From Bacillota bacterium (lineage in GTDB: Bacteria > Bacillota > SHA-98 > Ch115): 54,770 nucleotides of DNA. Location: the NCBI GenBank assembly GCA_012842565.1, contig DUSO01000129.1, positions 1 through 54,770 on the forward strand, in the 5' to 3' direction. Both the position numbers and the translations under genes were made by a program. The notes under the pieces were generated by a model that was not told the origin of the DNA, did no database searches, and saw nothing but the letters and a program-made list of their open reading frames with translations. Below, in pieces: positions 17,142 through 28,939 of this stretch (within the stretch, counting starts at the first letter, position 1; the number at the start of each line of letters is the position of its first letter).

Positions 17142-19622
17142 ATGGTGCGGGGCAGCGTGACCTTAGATTCTCGAACCCTTGCAGCCCTTGAGTTTGACAA
17201 GATCCTGGATATGCTCGCCAGGGAGACGGCTTCCGCCTTGGGCAGCGAGCTCGCATACGGGCTTTCCCCGAGCAGCGACCTGCAAGAGGTGCTACGTTTA
17301 CAACAGGAGACCTCAGAGGCCAGGCGTGTCCTGGAGGAGTATGGGGATCCGCCCCTGGGTGGTATCAGAGACATTCGCCCGGCCCTCGCCAGGGCCAGGG
17401 TGGGATCGCGGCTGGATGCCGCCACGTTGCTCGACGTCCTGAGCACGATACAGGCGGCGCGACGGCTCAAGGCATACCTTGGCGAGGTTCATGCCGGATA
17501 CTGCATGGTCAAGGACCTCGGGCGGAACATCTCGACTTTTGCGTCCCTGGAGTCCGAGATATCCCGGGCCATCTCACAGGATGCAAGCATACTTGATACG
17601 GCCTCCCAACAGCTCCGCAATATCCGTTGTGAAATGCGCCAGGCGGAGGCACGCGTACGGGAAAAGCTGGATGGGATGCTCCGGGCGCCTGAATTCCAGA
17701 AGTACCTGCAGGAACCCATCGTAACAGTCCGTCAAGGGAGGTTTGTCGTCCCTGTAAAGCAGGAGTTCAAGGCCCAGGTGCCGGGGATCGTTCATGACCA
17801 GTCGAAGAGCGGTGCCACCCTATTTGTCGAGCCGATGGAGATCGTGGCGCTCAACAACCGTATAAGGGAATTGTTGGCCATGGAGGAAGAAGAGATAGAC
17901 CGCATTCTATGCGCCCTCACTGTGCTGGTGGGGCAGGAAGCCGATGACATCGGCCGGACACTGGACGCACTCGGGCGACTCGACTTCGCCTTCGCCAAGG
18001 CAAGGCTCTCATCAAAAATGAATGCGGTGGCCCCGGCTGTGAATGACAGCGGCTATTTCAGCCTCGTCCGGGCCAGGCACCCGCTGCTGCGAGGAGATGT
18101 CGTGCCCATAAGTCCATACCTTGGCAGGGACCTGTGGACCATGGTCATAACGGGCCCAAATACGGGCGGCAAGACTGTCACCCTGAAGACGATAGGGCTC
18201 ATCCACCTCATGGCACAGTCCGGGCTGCACGTCCCGGCAGGCCCCGGCACCGAAATATGCGTGTTCCGCACGATCTTCGCGGATATAGGGGACGAGCAGA
18301 GCATTGAGCAAAACCTGAGCACCTTCTCCAGCCATATTGTCCATATAAAGGAGATCCTCGAAAAGGCCGATGAGAGGACGCTTGTGCTACTGGATGAGCT
18401 AGGCGCCGGCACGGATCCGGCCGAGGGATCATGTCTTGGCCGCGCCATACTGGAGCACCTCCATTCCCGCAGATGCCTCACGGTGGTTACAACACATTTG
18501 AGCGATTTGAAGATCTTCGCATACAAGACCCCGGGGGTCATCAATGCCTCCACGGAATTCGACGAGGAGACGCTTAGACCAACCTATCGGCTCCTGGTCG
18601 GAGTGCCGGGCCGCAGCAGTGCCATTGTGATCTCGAGGCGACTGGGCCTGCCCTCGAGCGTGACCCGGAGAGCCGAGGAACTGCTTGGCAGGGAAGGGCG
18701 CGAGGAAGACTCCATCATCTCAGAGCTTCTCGAGGACCGGAGGAAGGCAGACATCCTGAGAAAAGAGGCGGAGTCCTTTTGGAGCGAAGCCCAAAAGGCA
18801 ATGGAGGCGGCTCGCGAGGAGCTCGGCCGTGCACGGGATGAGCGTCGGGCGCTGATTTCCCGGTCCAGAGAAGACGCGAGCCGGATCCTGAGGGAGGCCA
18901 GGCACGAGGCCGAGAGGATAATAGGGGATCTCAAGGACATCAAACGCCAGATGATCGAGGATATGACGGCGAGGGCCGCGGATGACGCGCTGCGTCGCGC
19001 GAGGGAGGCGGCCAGGGAGCTTGCTCGGGCGGAGCCCGCGATGGCTGATGAGCAACCAGGGGATTATGACGCCTCACGCCTCTCCCCGGTAGATCCCGGG
19101 AGGCTGAATCCCGGGATGCATGTATTCGTCCCGAGACTCGGGAAGCAGGGCGTTGTGTCCGGGCCGCCCGACGGGAGCGGCAGAGTCGAAGTACGGGTCG
19201 GGGCAATCAGGACTTTGATGCCCGTATCAGAGTTGAAGGCCATTCACGGCCCGGCATCTTCAGCCCGGCAAGAGCCGGGCCAACCGGGCATGGACGGGAT
19301 GGAGGCCGTGCCGGCATTTGCCACGACAGGCCCCTCCCATCCTTCACTGGGCACCCTCCAGGCCAGGAAGGCCCGGGATATCCAGCCCGAGCTTGATTTA
19401 AGGGGGCTTCTCGTCGAGGAAGCCCTTATGAAGCTGGATAAATATCTTGATGATGCGGTCCTGGGGGGACTGCCGCGCGCAAGGGTGATCCATGGCAAAG
19501 GCACGGGGGCCCTCCGCCACGCTGTAAGAGAAAGCCTCAAGTCCGACCCAAGGATCAAGGAACTTCGCCCGGGCGAGCAAGGGGAGGGCGGGGATGGCGT
19601 GACCGTCATCACTCTGCGATAA
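17142..19622 (+). CDS. mutS2: Endonuclease MutS2 (MutS domain V ATPase + Smr)
   Basis: Walker A GPNTGGKT. DELGAGTDP. C-terminal Smr block LDLRGLLVEEAL...VIHGKGTGALR. GGGAGAGGAG lies upstream of ATG 17142, and the track start 17103 adds 13 unsupported codons. Confidence 0.9.
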   Translation: MVRGSVTLDSRTLAALEFDKILDMLARETASALGSELAYGLSPSSDLQEVLRLQQETSEARRVLEEYGDPPLGGIRDIRPALARARVGSRLDAATLLDVLSTIQAARRLKAYLGEVHAGYCMVKDLGRNISTFASLESEISRAISQDASILDTASQQLRNIRCEMRQAEARVREKLDGMLRAPEFQKYLQEPIVTVRQGRFVVPVKQEFKAQVPGIVHDQSKSGATLFVEPMEIVALNNRIRELLAMEEEEIDRILCALTVLVGQEADDIGRTLDALGRLDFAFAKARLSSKMNAVAPAVNDSGYFSLVRARHPLLRGDVVPISPYLGRDLWTMVITGPNTGGKTVTLKTIGLIHLMAQSGLHVPAGPGTEICVFRTIFADIGDEQSIEQNLSTFSSHIVHIKEILEKADERTLVLLDELGAGTDPAEGSCLGRAILEHLHSRRCLTVVTTHLSDLKIFAYKTPGVINASTEFDEETLRPTYRLLVGVPGRSSAIVISRRLGLPSSVTRRAEELLGREGREEDSIISELLEDRRKADILRKEAESFWSEAQKAMEAAREELGRARDERRALISRSREDASRILREARHEAERIIGDLKDIKRQMIEDMTARAADDALRRAREAARELARAEPAMADEQPGDYDASRLSPVDPGRLNPGMHVFVPRLGKQGVVSGPPDGSGRVEVRVGAIRTLMPVSELKAIHGPASSARQEPGQPGMDGMEAVPAFATTGPSHPSLGTLQARKARDIQPELDLRGLLVEEALMKLDKYLDDAVLGGLPRARVIHGKGTGALRHAVRESLKSDPRIKELRPGEQGEGGDGVTVITLR

Positions 19623-19663
19623 CGCCCGGGATAGCGCCCGGCACTCTATGGTAACCTCCGGCA

Positions 19664-21826
19664 TCACCTTGCTGGTGTCGCCACCTGGTTGTCACCGCCA
19701 CCCTCCGGCAGCACTGGCGGTGATGGTGACGGTTCTGGCGATGGCACCGGAGGGGATGCCGGCACAGATGAACCCGGGGAAGGCGAGGGTTGCAGAGGTT
19801 CCTTTATGGAACCATGGATGTTACAGTATTCTTTCGGCTCCGTGCCCTCGATAAAGATTTCGCTTCTCACCCTGGGACACTGGGGAGTGGCGAGCATTCC
19901 CGAGTCAACACATACGGGAATTCCAAAGAGCACCCCTGACGGTACAGGGAAATCGCTGGGCGGCGTATTCTTGAGGGCTTCCTTCATGAAGGCGCCCCAT
20001 ATCTGCGCCGCTCTCGCGCTCCCAATCCGGACTCCCTTATATATCAGTGGCTGCGTTTGGATATCATTGCCTATCCACACAGCCGCCACCAGGTCCGGCG
20101 TATAGCCGACAAACCAGGCGTTGGTGTTGTCGCTCGCGGTGCCGGTCTTGCCGGCAGCAGGGCGCCCGATATTCGCCGCCTTTCCGGTGCCTCGCTCGAT
20201 GACGCCTTTGAGCATATCCGTCACCACGTATGCCGTCTTTTCATCCAGCACGATGCGCCTTTGCGGGCGGTGTTCTTCGAGGACGTTCCCGTGAGAGTCT
20301 TCCACCCTGACTACGGCGAGGGGATCTACCTGAATTCCTCCGGTCGCCAGGACGCCATAGGCCCGTGCCATCTCGAGCGGGGTCACCCCACGGGTCAGCC
20401 CGCCGAGGACGAGAGAAAGGTTGCGGTCATTGCTGCGGCCGGACTCGACCAGGGTGGTGATTCCCATCCTCTTTGCATATTCAATTGCGGTATCCACGCC
20501 TATCTCATCCAATAACTTGACCGCGACCACGTTGATGGACTGCTCCAGGGCATCCCTGAGCGGCATGGGTCCTCTAAACTTGTTGTCGTAGTTGCGGGGA
20601 GTCCATGGTTCTTTTGACCCTGCTATCGCATATTCTACGGGTGAATCCACCATCACCGTGGCAGGCGTATAGCCGCGGTCTATTGCTGCGGCATATACGA
20701 AGGGCTTAAAGGCCGAACCGGGCTGGCGGTAGGATTGAACCGCCCTGTTGAACTGGTCCTCGCCTCGGCCTCCCACCATCGCCAGGATATAGCCCGTCGT
20801 GGGATCAAGCGCCACGAGCGCCCCCTGGGGTTGTGTCAAGCCTTTGGCGTCTTTCTTGCCGGCAGGGAGGTTGTTGCGAAGGGCCTTCTCGGCTGCGTCC
20901 TGCATGTCGAGATCCAGGGTCGTGTAGACCTTCAGGCCACCTTTATACACGGCATCCTGTCCGTACCGGGCAAGTAACTGTTGGAGCACATAATCCACGA
21001 AATAAGGAGCGCGGTTTCGCCTTGCCTTGAGCCCGACAACCCTGATGGGAGTGTTCCGGGCCCGTGCTTCTTCCTCAGCGGTTATGTATCCTTGTTCCCT
21101 CATCAGGGCCAGCACGGTAGCTCGCCGTCTCTCGGCGGCCTTTATGTCCTCATATGGAGAATAGTAACCGGGCCCTCTGGTGATCCCGGCGAGAAGCGCA
21201 CATTCTGCAAGGCTGAGATCTTTCACGTGCTTGCCGAAGTAGAGCTGACTTGCGGCCTCGACCCCATAGGCCCCGTGGCCGAAGTATATCTCGTTGAGAT
21301 AAAGCTCAAGTATCTGGTCCTTGGTGTAGCGCCTTTCGAGCTGGATCGCATAGAGGACCTCCTGGAGCTTTCGGGTAAAGGTCTTTTCGTGGGTAAGAAA
21401 GGCATTCTTGGCCAGCTGCTGCGTGATGGTGCTCCCGCCTTGCACCAGGCCTGCATGTCGCAGGTCCGCAAGGAGTGCCCGGGCTATGGCCACTATATCG
21501 AAGCCATGGTGCTCGTAGAAACGAACGTCCTCGGTGGCGATGACCGCATGCTGCAGGTCTTTGGGGATATCGGACAGCGGCACCCAGGTCCGGTTTTCAA
21601 TGAAGAGCTGGGCGATGAGCTTGTTGTGGCGGTCATATACCTTTGTCGACTCGCTCGGCCGGTATTCCAAGTCCCGGAGCCGGGGCATGCTCCTGAAAGC
21701 ACCGGCTATAATGCCTATGGCGCCGCCAACCATGAACGACGTCATGAGAAAGATTATAATCGATATCCCGGCGACCAGGCTGCTCTTATACCCCTTCATA
21801 TGGCGGATGGTGGCGCTTAAAGCCAC
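19664..21826 (-). CDS. Class A penicillin-binding protein (PBP1A; glycosyltransferase + transpeptidase)
   Basis: GT51 motifs EDVRFYEHHGFD and GGSTITQQLAKN. Transpeptidase motifs SAFKPF (SxxK), SIN (SxN) and KTGTA (KTG). N-terminal TM anchor. Pro/Ser-rich C-terminal tail. Confidence 0.9.
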   Translation of the reverse strand: MALSATIRHMKGYKSSLVAGISIIIFLMTSFMVGGAIGIIAGAFRSMPRLRDLEYRPSESTKVYDRHNKLIAQLFIENRTWVPLSDIPKDLQHAVIATEDVRFYEHHGFDIVAIARALLADLRHAGLVQGGSTITQQLAKNAFLTHEKTFTRKLQEVLYAIQLERRYTKDQILELYLNEIYFGHGAYGVEAASQLYFGKHVKDLSLAECALLAGITRGPGYYSPYEDIKAAERRRATVLALMREQGYITAEEEARARNTPIRVVGLKARRNRAPYFVDYVLQQLLARYGQDAVYKGGLKVYTTLDLDMQDAAEKALRNNLPAGKKDAKGLTQPQGALVALDPTTGYILAMVGGRGEDQFNRAVQSYRQPGSAFKPFVYAAAIDRGYTPATVMVDSPVEYAIAGSKEPWTPRNYDNKFRGPMPLRDALEQSINVVAVKLLDEIGVDTAIEYAKRMGITTLVESGRSNDRNLSLVLGGLTRGVTPLEMARAYGVLATGGIQVDPLAVVRVEDSHGNVLEEHRPQRRIVLDEKTAYVVTDMLKGVIERGTGKAANIGRPAAGKTGTASDNTNAWFVGYTPDLVAAVWIGNDIQTQPLIYKGVRIGSARAAQIWGAFMKEALKNTPPSDFPVPSGVLFGIPVCVDSGMLATPQCPRVRSEIFIEGTEPKEYCNIHGSIKEPLQPSPSPGSSVPASPPVPSPEPSPSPPVLPEGGGDNQVATPAR

Positions 21827-21932
21827 CCGACCCCCCTATCGTTGCTCCATCTTGCCCGCGCTTCTCGCGCATCTTTGCGGAAATTGCATAGACCGGCGTC
21901 TAATACATTATATCACAGGCGGCCCGGCTTGG

Positions 21933-21962
21933 TTGACCCTGAGAGAGCCGCCATGATATACT
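21933..21962 (+). promoter_or_regulatory. Sigma-A type promoter for tyrS
   Basis: TTGACC (21933-21938), 18-nt spacer ending in TGa, then TATACT (21957-21962). GGAAGGAG follows. There is no room for a T-box leader. Confidence 0.55.
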
Positions 21963-22002
21963 TTTCGCAGGATCTAAGCGGAAGGAGACTACGTGGATTC
22001 TC

Positions 22003-23226
22003 ATGAGGCCTGAAGAACAACTGGAGATACTGAAACGCGGGGCGGCCGAAATAATAAATGAAGATGAGCTCAAAGGCAAGCTGGAGCGTTCACGGCGAGA
22101 AGGTAAGCCCCTCCTTGTCAAGCTGGGGCTCGACCCATCCGCTCCGGACATTCACCTGGGGCACGCGGTAGTATTGCGGAAGATGAAACAGTTCCAGGAT
22201 CTCGGACATCATGTAGTGTTGGTGGTAGGCGATTTTACCGGTCGTATCGGGGATCCCACCGGCAGGTCCGAAACCCGCCGCCAGCTCTCCCCCCGGCAGG
22301 TAGAGGAGAATGCCAGGACCTACCAGGAGCAGGCGTTCAAGATACTCGACCCGGAGAAGACCCGGATCGTCTTCAACAGCGAATGGCTCGCGCCACTCAG
22401 GTTTGAGGAGATAATCCGCATGGCCTCGACATATACTGTGGCGCGGATGCTGGAGCGCGAAGAGTTCAGGGAGAGATTCCAGGATAACAGGCCGATATTC
22501 ATCCACGAATTCTTTTATCCCTTTATGCAGGGATATGATTCCGTAGCCCTGCGTGCAGACGTGGAGCTGGGCGCAACCGAGCAAAAGTTCAATATCCTTA
22601 TGGGCCGGCACCTGCAGAAGGAGTATGGCCAGGAGCCCCAGGTCGCTATGCTCATGCCGATCCTGGTTGGGATCGACGGGAAGCACAAGATGAGCAAGAG
22701 CCTGGGCAACTATATAGGGGTGGCCGAGTCGCCCGATCAGATCTACGGCAAAGTCATGTCGATACCCGATGAGGTCATGAAGGACTACTATGAGCTGGCA
22801 TCCGGCCTCCCGGAGAGAGAGGTCGAGGAGATCATCGCAGGGCTTGCATCCGGACAGATTCACCCAAGGGACGCCAAGAGGCGCCTTGCGAGGGAGATAA
22901 CAGCTCTCTACCATGGACATGCCTCCGCTTTGATGGCAGAGAAACAATTCGACCTAGTCTTCAGGCAAGGAGACATACCCGATGATATCCCTGAGGTAAA
23001 GATCCCCGAGCGAGAACTCGTTTCAGGCAGGATCGGAGCCGCCCGGCTCCTGGCCATGGCCGGGCTTGTGTCCAGCAACAGCGAGGGCAGGCGCATGATC
23101 GCCCAGGGTGCAGTGACGGTCGGGGCCCGCAAGCTGGATGACCCGCTTGAAGAGGTGGAGGTCACAGACGGGCTGCTATTGCGGGTCGGTAAACGGAGGT
23201 TCGCGAGGGTGGCCGTGTCACGCTGA
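22003..23226 (+). CDS. tyrS: Tyrosine--tRNA ligase
   Basis: HIGH motif as HLGHAV, KMSKS motif as KMSKSLGN, and a C-terminal S4-like domain (RLLAMAGLVSSNSEGRRMIAQGAVTV). Confidence 0.9.
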   Translation: MRPEEQLEILKRGAAEIINEDELKGKLERSRREGKPLLVKLGLDPSAPDIHLGHAVVLRKMKQFQDLGHHVVLVVGDFTGRIGDPTGRSETRRQLSPRQVEENARTYQEQAFKILDPEKTRIVFNSEWLAPLRFEEIIRMASTYTVARMLEREEFRERFQDNRPIFIHEFFYPFMQGYDSVALRADVELGATEQKFNILMGRHLQKEYGQEPQVAMLMPILVGIDGKHKMSKSLGNYIGVAESPDQIYGKVMSIPDEVMKDYYELASGLPEREVEEIIAGLASGQIHPRDAKRRLAREITALYHGHASALMAEKQFDLVFRQGDIPDDIPEVKIPERELVSGRIGAARLLAMAGLVSSNSEGRRMIAQGAVTVGARKLDDPLEEVEVTDGLLLRVGKRRFARVAVSR

Positions 23227-23600
23227 CGCGCCCGACACCTCGTGGCGGGCTCATCAAGCATGGATAACCTGTCGAGGCCGCAGGCGGCACATGGTGTTGA
23301 GGCGGCTAGCACATCCCGCTACGCCCTGGCATAGTATAAGAGGTAGACTATTCTGGCCCCGGCGGCGAGCCCGGTGCGGATGAACCCGGCAGGGTGAATC
23401 CCGAAGGGGCAGATCTGGCAGGGGTGTAGGCGTTGGCGGGCGAGCTTCGTTGGTATATGACCCGCTGGCTCATGCGATGCGGATTTTGGGGATTTGGACC
23501 GGCCCGGCCACGGCGCCGTCCGGGGAGCCAGCGTCTGCGGCCCGGGGCGGCGGGCAGGCCTGCCAATCACGGCGGGACCGGACAACTCCCGCCCGTGCCC

Positions 23601-24299
23601 ATGAGGACCATGTCCAGGGCTAAACGGCTCGCGGCCAGGGGGCTCAAGCTGGTCGCGTTGTTGGCCTTGTTTACACTCGTTGGCCTTCTCGTCTTCATCG
23701 TCGTGGACCGGCGCCTCAAGCCCACACTCCACCAGATTGCCGAAGTCCGGGCCCGCGTCCTCGCTACCGAGGCCATCAATGATGCCGTGAATAAGAAGAT
23801 TGCCGGGACCATCAAGTGGGAGGACCTGTACGCCCTGAGGCCTGATAGCCGCGGCAGGGTCGTGCTGGTGCAGCCTAACACCGGCGAGATAAGCAGGCTT
23901 ACATCCGACGTAGCCATAGCAGTCCAGGAAAACCTCAAGAAGGTGACGGAGGATACAATCAAGATCCCCCTGGGCCAGGCTCTCGGCAGCCAGATCCTGG
24001 CCAACATAGGCCCCAGGATACCCATAAAGATAGCCCTGGTGGGGAACGTACGTACCAATATCGTAAGCAAGTTTGAGCAGGCAGGCATAAACCAGATAAG
24101 GCACCTTATCTATGTGGACGTCTCCAGCACTATCCGGGTGGTCGTTCCCCTGGTTACGGCCAACATCGATGTAACAAACCAGGTCCCGCTCACCGAGGTC
24201 ATAATAATGGGCGAGGTGCCCCTGGTCTACTTCGGTGGGCGCCCCGGCAGCGGTGAGGGGATCATAGACTCCACGGAGAGAGCAGGGGGGAAGCCATAG
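23601..24299 (+). CDS. yunB: Sporulation protein YunB
   Basis: Basic N-terminus plus a TM helix. Blocks INDAVNKKI...VLVQPNTGEISRLTSDV...IPLGQALGSQILANIGPRIPIKI...IRHLIYVDVSSTIRVVVP fit the YunB pattern. Start uncertain: ATG 23601, ATG 23610, or further upstream to TTG 23433. Confidence 0.7.
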   Translation: MRTMSRAKRLAARGLKLVALLALFTLVGLLVFIVVDRRLKPTLHQIAEVRARVLATEAINDAVNKKIAGTIKWEDLYALRPDSRGRVVLVQPNTGEISRLTSDVAIAVQENLKKVTEDTIKIPLGQALGSQILANIGPRIPIKIALVGNVRTNIVSKFEQAGINQIRHLIYVDVSSTIRVVVPLVTANIDVTNQVPLTEVIIMGEVPLVYFGGRPGSGEGIIDSTERAGGKP

Positions 24300-24350
24300 A
24301 GGAGAAGACCGCTGGCACGAGGGCTGGCACAAGGGTGATACGGACGAAGA

Positions 24351-24383
24351 ATGAGGGGGCTCCTTTCGGGAGAGCCCCCTCAT
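24351..24383. terminator. Shared hairpin between convergent yunB and groEL
   Basis: 12-bp stem ATGAGGGGGCTC / GAGCCCCCTCAT with a 9-nt loop. The U-tracts are weak on both strands (TTTAG on plus, TCTTCG on minus). Confidence 0.5.
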
Positions 24384-24404
24384 TTAGCCTGCAGTATACG
24401 GCGA

Positions 24405-26078
<1,674 letters not shown>

Positions 26079-26360
26079 TTACTTTATGGCAAGGATGTCG
26101 CTTTGCCTTAAGATGATGTACTCCTCACCGTCGATCTTGACCTCGGTGCCGCCATATTTGGCAAAGATGACCTTGTCGCCGACCTTCACATCCATGGGCG
26201 CGCGCTGGCCGTTTTCCAATAGCTTGCCCGGCCCGACGGCCATGACTTCACCTTCCTGAGGCCTTTCCTTGGCAGTATCCGGGAGCACAATCCCGCCCTT
26301 GCTGCGTTCTTCCTCAGTGTTTGCCTTGACAACCACCCTGTCTTCAAGGGGCTTTATCAT
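26079..26360 (-). CDS. groES: Co-chaperonin GroES
   Basis: [12 protein letters not shown]...[10 protein letters not shown]...[14 protein letters not shown]. 93 aa. Confidence 0.97.
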   Translation of the reverse strand: MIKPLEDRVVVKANTEEERSKGGIVLPDTAKERPQEGEVMAVGPGKLLENGQRAPMDVKVGDKVIFAKYGGTEVKIDGEEYIILRQSDILAIK

Positions 26361-26405
26361 TACATTTTTACCTCCTTTGCATAGAACTCCTGGTATCGTA
26401 TATTG

Positions 26406-26432
26406 TTAGCACTCGCCACGGGTGAGTGCTAA
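26406..26432 (-). promoter_or_regulatory. CIRCE operator (HrcA binding site)
   Basis: Perfect inverted repeat TTAGCACTC-N9-GAGTGCTAA, 46 nt upstream of the groES start and just downstream of the promoter -10. Confidence 0.95.
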
Positions 26433-26445
26433 CAACCCATAAACA

Positions 26446-26474
26446 ATATTATGCCCTCCATCCCTCATTGTCAA
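26446..26474 (-). promoter_or_regulatory. Sigma-A promoter of groESL
   Basis: The minus strand reads TTGACA (26474-26469), a 17-nt spacer, then TAATAT (26451-26446). Confidence 0.75.
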
Positions 26475-26508
26475 GGGGTGGCATGAAAAATGTCGCGTCT
26501 CTATACTC

Positions 26509-27138
26509 TTACCTGGCCCTGGATTCGGCCAAGCCCTCGAGGAGCTTGAGGAGTTGTTCCTTGTTTGCCACAGGTATACCCTTTTCGAGGTCCATTCTCT
26601 CTGCCCGGGGAATGCCTGAGACTGGTATCTGCGTAACGGACTTGAGCCTGCACCTGGCCTCGGGGGTACCGTAGAAGATTGCAACATGGTTGTCCTTGAT
26701 GCCAACGTGCATTGTGCTGGCGCACTTAGGGGCCATTCCCGCCTTCTCCCTGACCATCGTCACGCGTCCCGGGGAGAATTCGGTGATAGTCCAGCCATCG
26801 CATTCTTTTTGAAGCTCCTCACGGCTGAGCCCGACCATTTCGGCATCTACCTGGCGGGTCTCGGTCTCTTCGTGCCCGCACTCGTATAGTGTCCTCATCA
26901 CGAGGATGGTATCCCTGCCCAGGGTCACCGTTGAGGCACTGTTGCCGTCTTCAAGGCCGGGCTGGAATCCGCTGTTACCTGTGCCTTTACTCTCGAGCCC
27001 GAGGTATCGCGCGAGGCGGTCCCGAGCGCCCTGGGCCGCCTCTCTATGCTGTTGATAATTTAGAAATGAGTACGAGAGGCCGGCGGACAATACTGCGATA
27101 AAGATGAACGCACAGACCATCTTGAATCTCTGCGACAC
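26509..27138 (-). CDS. BofC-like forespore checkpoint protein
   Basis: N-terminal signal/TM segment. GWTITEFSPGRVTMVRE...HVGIKDNHVAIFYGTPE...MDLEKGIPVANKEQLLKLLEGL is colinear with the B. subtilis BofC core (GWTLVEQKKGYVLFRK...YIGVSDNGVISTFHGRPE...LLKGIPFRTKAEFEDVIEHM). GGGAGGA lies 7 nt before GTG 27138. Confidence 0.65.
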   Translation of the reverse strand: MSQRFKMVCAFIFIAVLSAGLSYSFLNYQQHREAAQGARDRLARYLGLESKGTGNSGFQPGLEDGNSASTVTLGRDTILVMRTLYECGHEETETRQVDAEMVGLSREELQKECDGWTITEFSPGRVTMVREKAGMAPKCASTMHVGIKDNHVAIFYGTPEARCRLKSVTQIPVSGIPRAERMDLEKGIPVANKEQLLKLLEGLAESRAR

Positions 27139-27256
27139 GGGGCAATCCTCCCTGGAAAGGTAACTGAGATAACTATAGTCAAGAATAGATTACCCCGGCC
27201 GCGTCGAAATATACCATCATTATGAAAGTTGTGCCAGGATTGCCATCATGTGATGC

Positions 27257-28021
27257 CTACCGGGCCTCGGCTATCCGTTCCATCTCCTCATCAGGGATGT
27301 CGAAATTGGCATAGACCTGGCTTACGTCGTCATGATCCTCGAGGGATTCTATCAGCTCGAGGAGTTGACGTGCCTCCTTGCCCGTAACGGTCACCGTGGT
27401 CTTGGGCACCATTGTGATCTCGGCCTCCACGGGTTTCAAACCCTCGGCCTCCATGCGTTCCCGGACCTTTTCGAAGTCCTCCGGAGTGGTAACGATCTCG
27501 GCCGTGTCACCATTCATCTTCAAATCAATGGCACCGGCATCGGCAGCCAGCACCATTAGGTCATCCTCACTCTTCTTGGCTGCCTTGAGATCTATGGAAA
27601 TCACGCCCCGCCGGTCAAACATCCATGCCACGCAACCCGCCTCTCCAAGGTTACCGCCATGCCGCGCAAAGATATGCCTTATATCCGACGCCGCCCTATT
27701 CCTATTGTCGGTCAGCACATCGAGCAGGATGGCAACACCCCCGGGCCCATACCCCTCATAGCTTATCTGCTCATAATTCTGGTCGCCCTCTGCTGCCCCG
27801 ACTCCTCGCTTGATTGCACGCATGATGCTGTCATTTGGCATGTTGACAGAGCGGGCCTTTTCAATTGCCATCCGGAGCTTGAAATTGGCGTCGGGATCGC
27901 CGCCGCCTTGTCTTGCGGCAACGATGATCTCGCGGGCAACTTTCGTGAAGACCTTGCCTTTCTCAGCATCCGCCTTGGCCTTCTTGTGCTTTATGTTAGC
28001 CCATTTGGAGTGTCCTGACAT
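27257..28021 (-). CDS. YebC/PmpR-family transcriptional regulator
   Basis: MSGHSKWANIKHKKAKADAEKGK is the canonical N-terminus. AAGGGGGGA lies upstream of ATG 28021. The track start 28054 adds 11 codons. Confidence 0.9.
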   Translation of the reverse strand: MSGHSKWANIKHKKAKADAEKGKVFTKVAREIIVAARQGGGDPDANFKLRMAIEKARSVNMPNDSIMRAIKRGVGAAEGDQNYEQISYEGYGPGGVAILLDVLTDNRNRAASDIRHIFARHGGNLGEAGCVAWMFDRRGVISIDLKAAKKSEDDLMVLAADAGAIDLKMNGDTAEIVTTPEDFEKVRERMEAEGLKPVEAEITMVPKTTVTVTGKEARQLLELIESLEDHDDVSQVYANFDIPDEEMERIAEAR

Positions 28022-28174
28022 GGTGTATCCCCCCTTGCACCCACATTCTAGCACAGAGGAGGGCGATTTTGAAGTGAGAGGCCGAACCTGACGGGCCGCG
28101 CATGATAGGCCCTGAGATCCGTGTCCCGCACCTGTGGACGCCGTATAGGGCCGTCACTTGAGCGCCGGTGGGAA

Positions 28175-28921
28175 TCACTCCCTGAAAGGCGACGACTCCT
28201 GGGCCTTGACCACCTTAGAAGCCAGGTACCTGTATACGGCCGCCACTAGGAATATGGCCGACCACGCAGGAACGATTCGCCCTATTATGAGGAAATCATA
28301 GAGGCCGTGCAGGACAATCGCGATGCCGAGCCCGCGCGCGACCAGAGTCACGGCCGCCTCGGGGCAGAGTTTTGCCTTGCCGAGGTAATAGCCGGATATC
28401 CCGGAAAAGGAGGCATGTGCAAGGCAGGTCACGAATGCCCTGACGAGGCCTACTGTCGCGCCGAAGGCAGACGCGTAGAGGAGGTTTTCCAGGGCGGCAA
28501 AGCCGAGCCCGGACGACACAGAGTAGACTATACCGTCCATGACCTCATTGAAGGCGTGGTTCTCATAGGCTGCGAGCCTCACGGCCAGCAGTTTGAATGA
28601 TTCCTCTGCGACGCCCACTACCAGGATGGTGACGAGGGCCAGGCGGAGGAGGTTTTGAGGGCCTGCCTGCGTCACTTCCCGGAACGGCAATTCTACTATT
28701 ATGGCCGGGAGCACAGCTATGGCACCATAGGTGAAAGATCGTATTACCAGGTACTTGGGCTCGGGTTCATATTTATCCTGGCGGTAAAAGAATGCAACCC
28801 AGAGGAGGCCGGGTACCAGCGACACGAGGATGAGCGTGAGTATATCAGGACTCGACGAGTTCAAAGGGTTCCACCATTCCTTCCCGTTGTAGCTTTGCTT
28901 TTGGAGTCCCAAATGATACAA
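28175..28921 (-). CDS. prsW: PrsW-family intramembrane glutamic/metalloprotease
   Basis: Polytopic membrane protein with FFYRQDKYEPEP, EESFK, HASFSG and HGLYDF blocks. Start may be the internal TTG at 28864, because only 18 nt separate 28921 from the divergent ruvC. Confidence 0.75.
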   Translation of the reverse strand: MYHLGLQKQSYNGKEWWNPLNSSSPDILTLILVSLVPGLLWVAFFYRQDKYEPEPKYLVIRSFTYGAIAVLPAIIVELPFREVTQAGPQNLLRLALVTILVVGVAEESFKLLAVRLAAYENHAFNEVMDGIVYSVSSGLGFAALENLLYASAFGATVGLVRAFVTCLAHASFSGISGYYLGKAKLCPEAAVTLVARGLGIAIVLHGLYDFLIIGRIVPAWSAIFLVAAVYRYLASKVVKAQESSPFRE

Positions 28922-28939
28922 TAAAACTCAGGTGATACA

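Noticed and set aside
20981-21820. 279-aa plus-strand ORF inside the PBP1A gene, plus 19689-20105 and 20057-20515
   Set aside because: The minus-strand frame carries the complete GT51 and transpeptidase motif sets. The plus-strand ORFs are antisense shadows.
22090-22947. 285-aa minus-strand ORF antisense to tyrS
   Set aside because: tyrS has HIGH and KMSKS motifs in the plus frame. The antisense product has no recognisable features.
23319-24383. 354-aa minus-strand ORF covering yunB
   Set aside because: The plus-strand frame has clear YunB blocks. The minus-strand product is low-complexity (P/G/R/H rich) with no motif. It is an antisense artefact.
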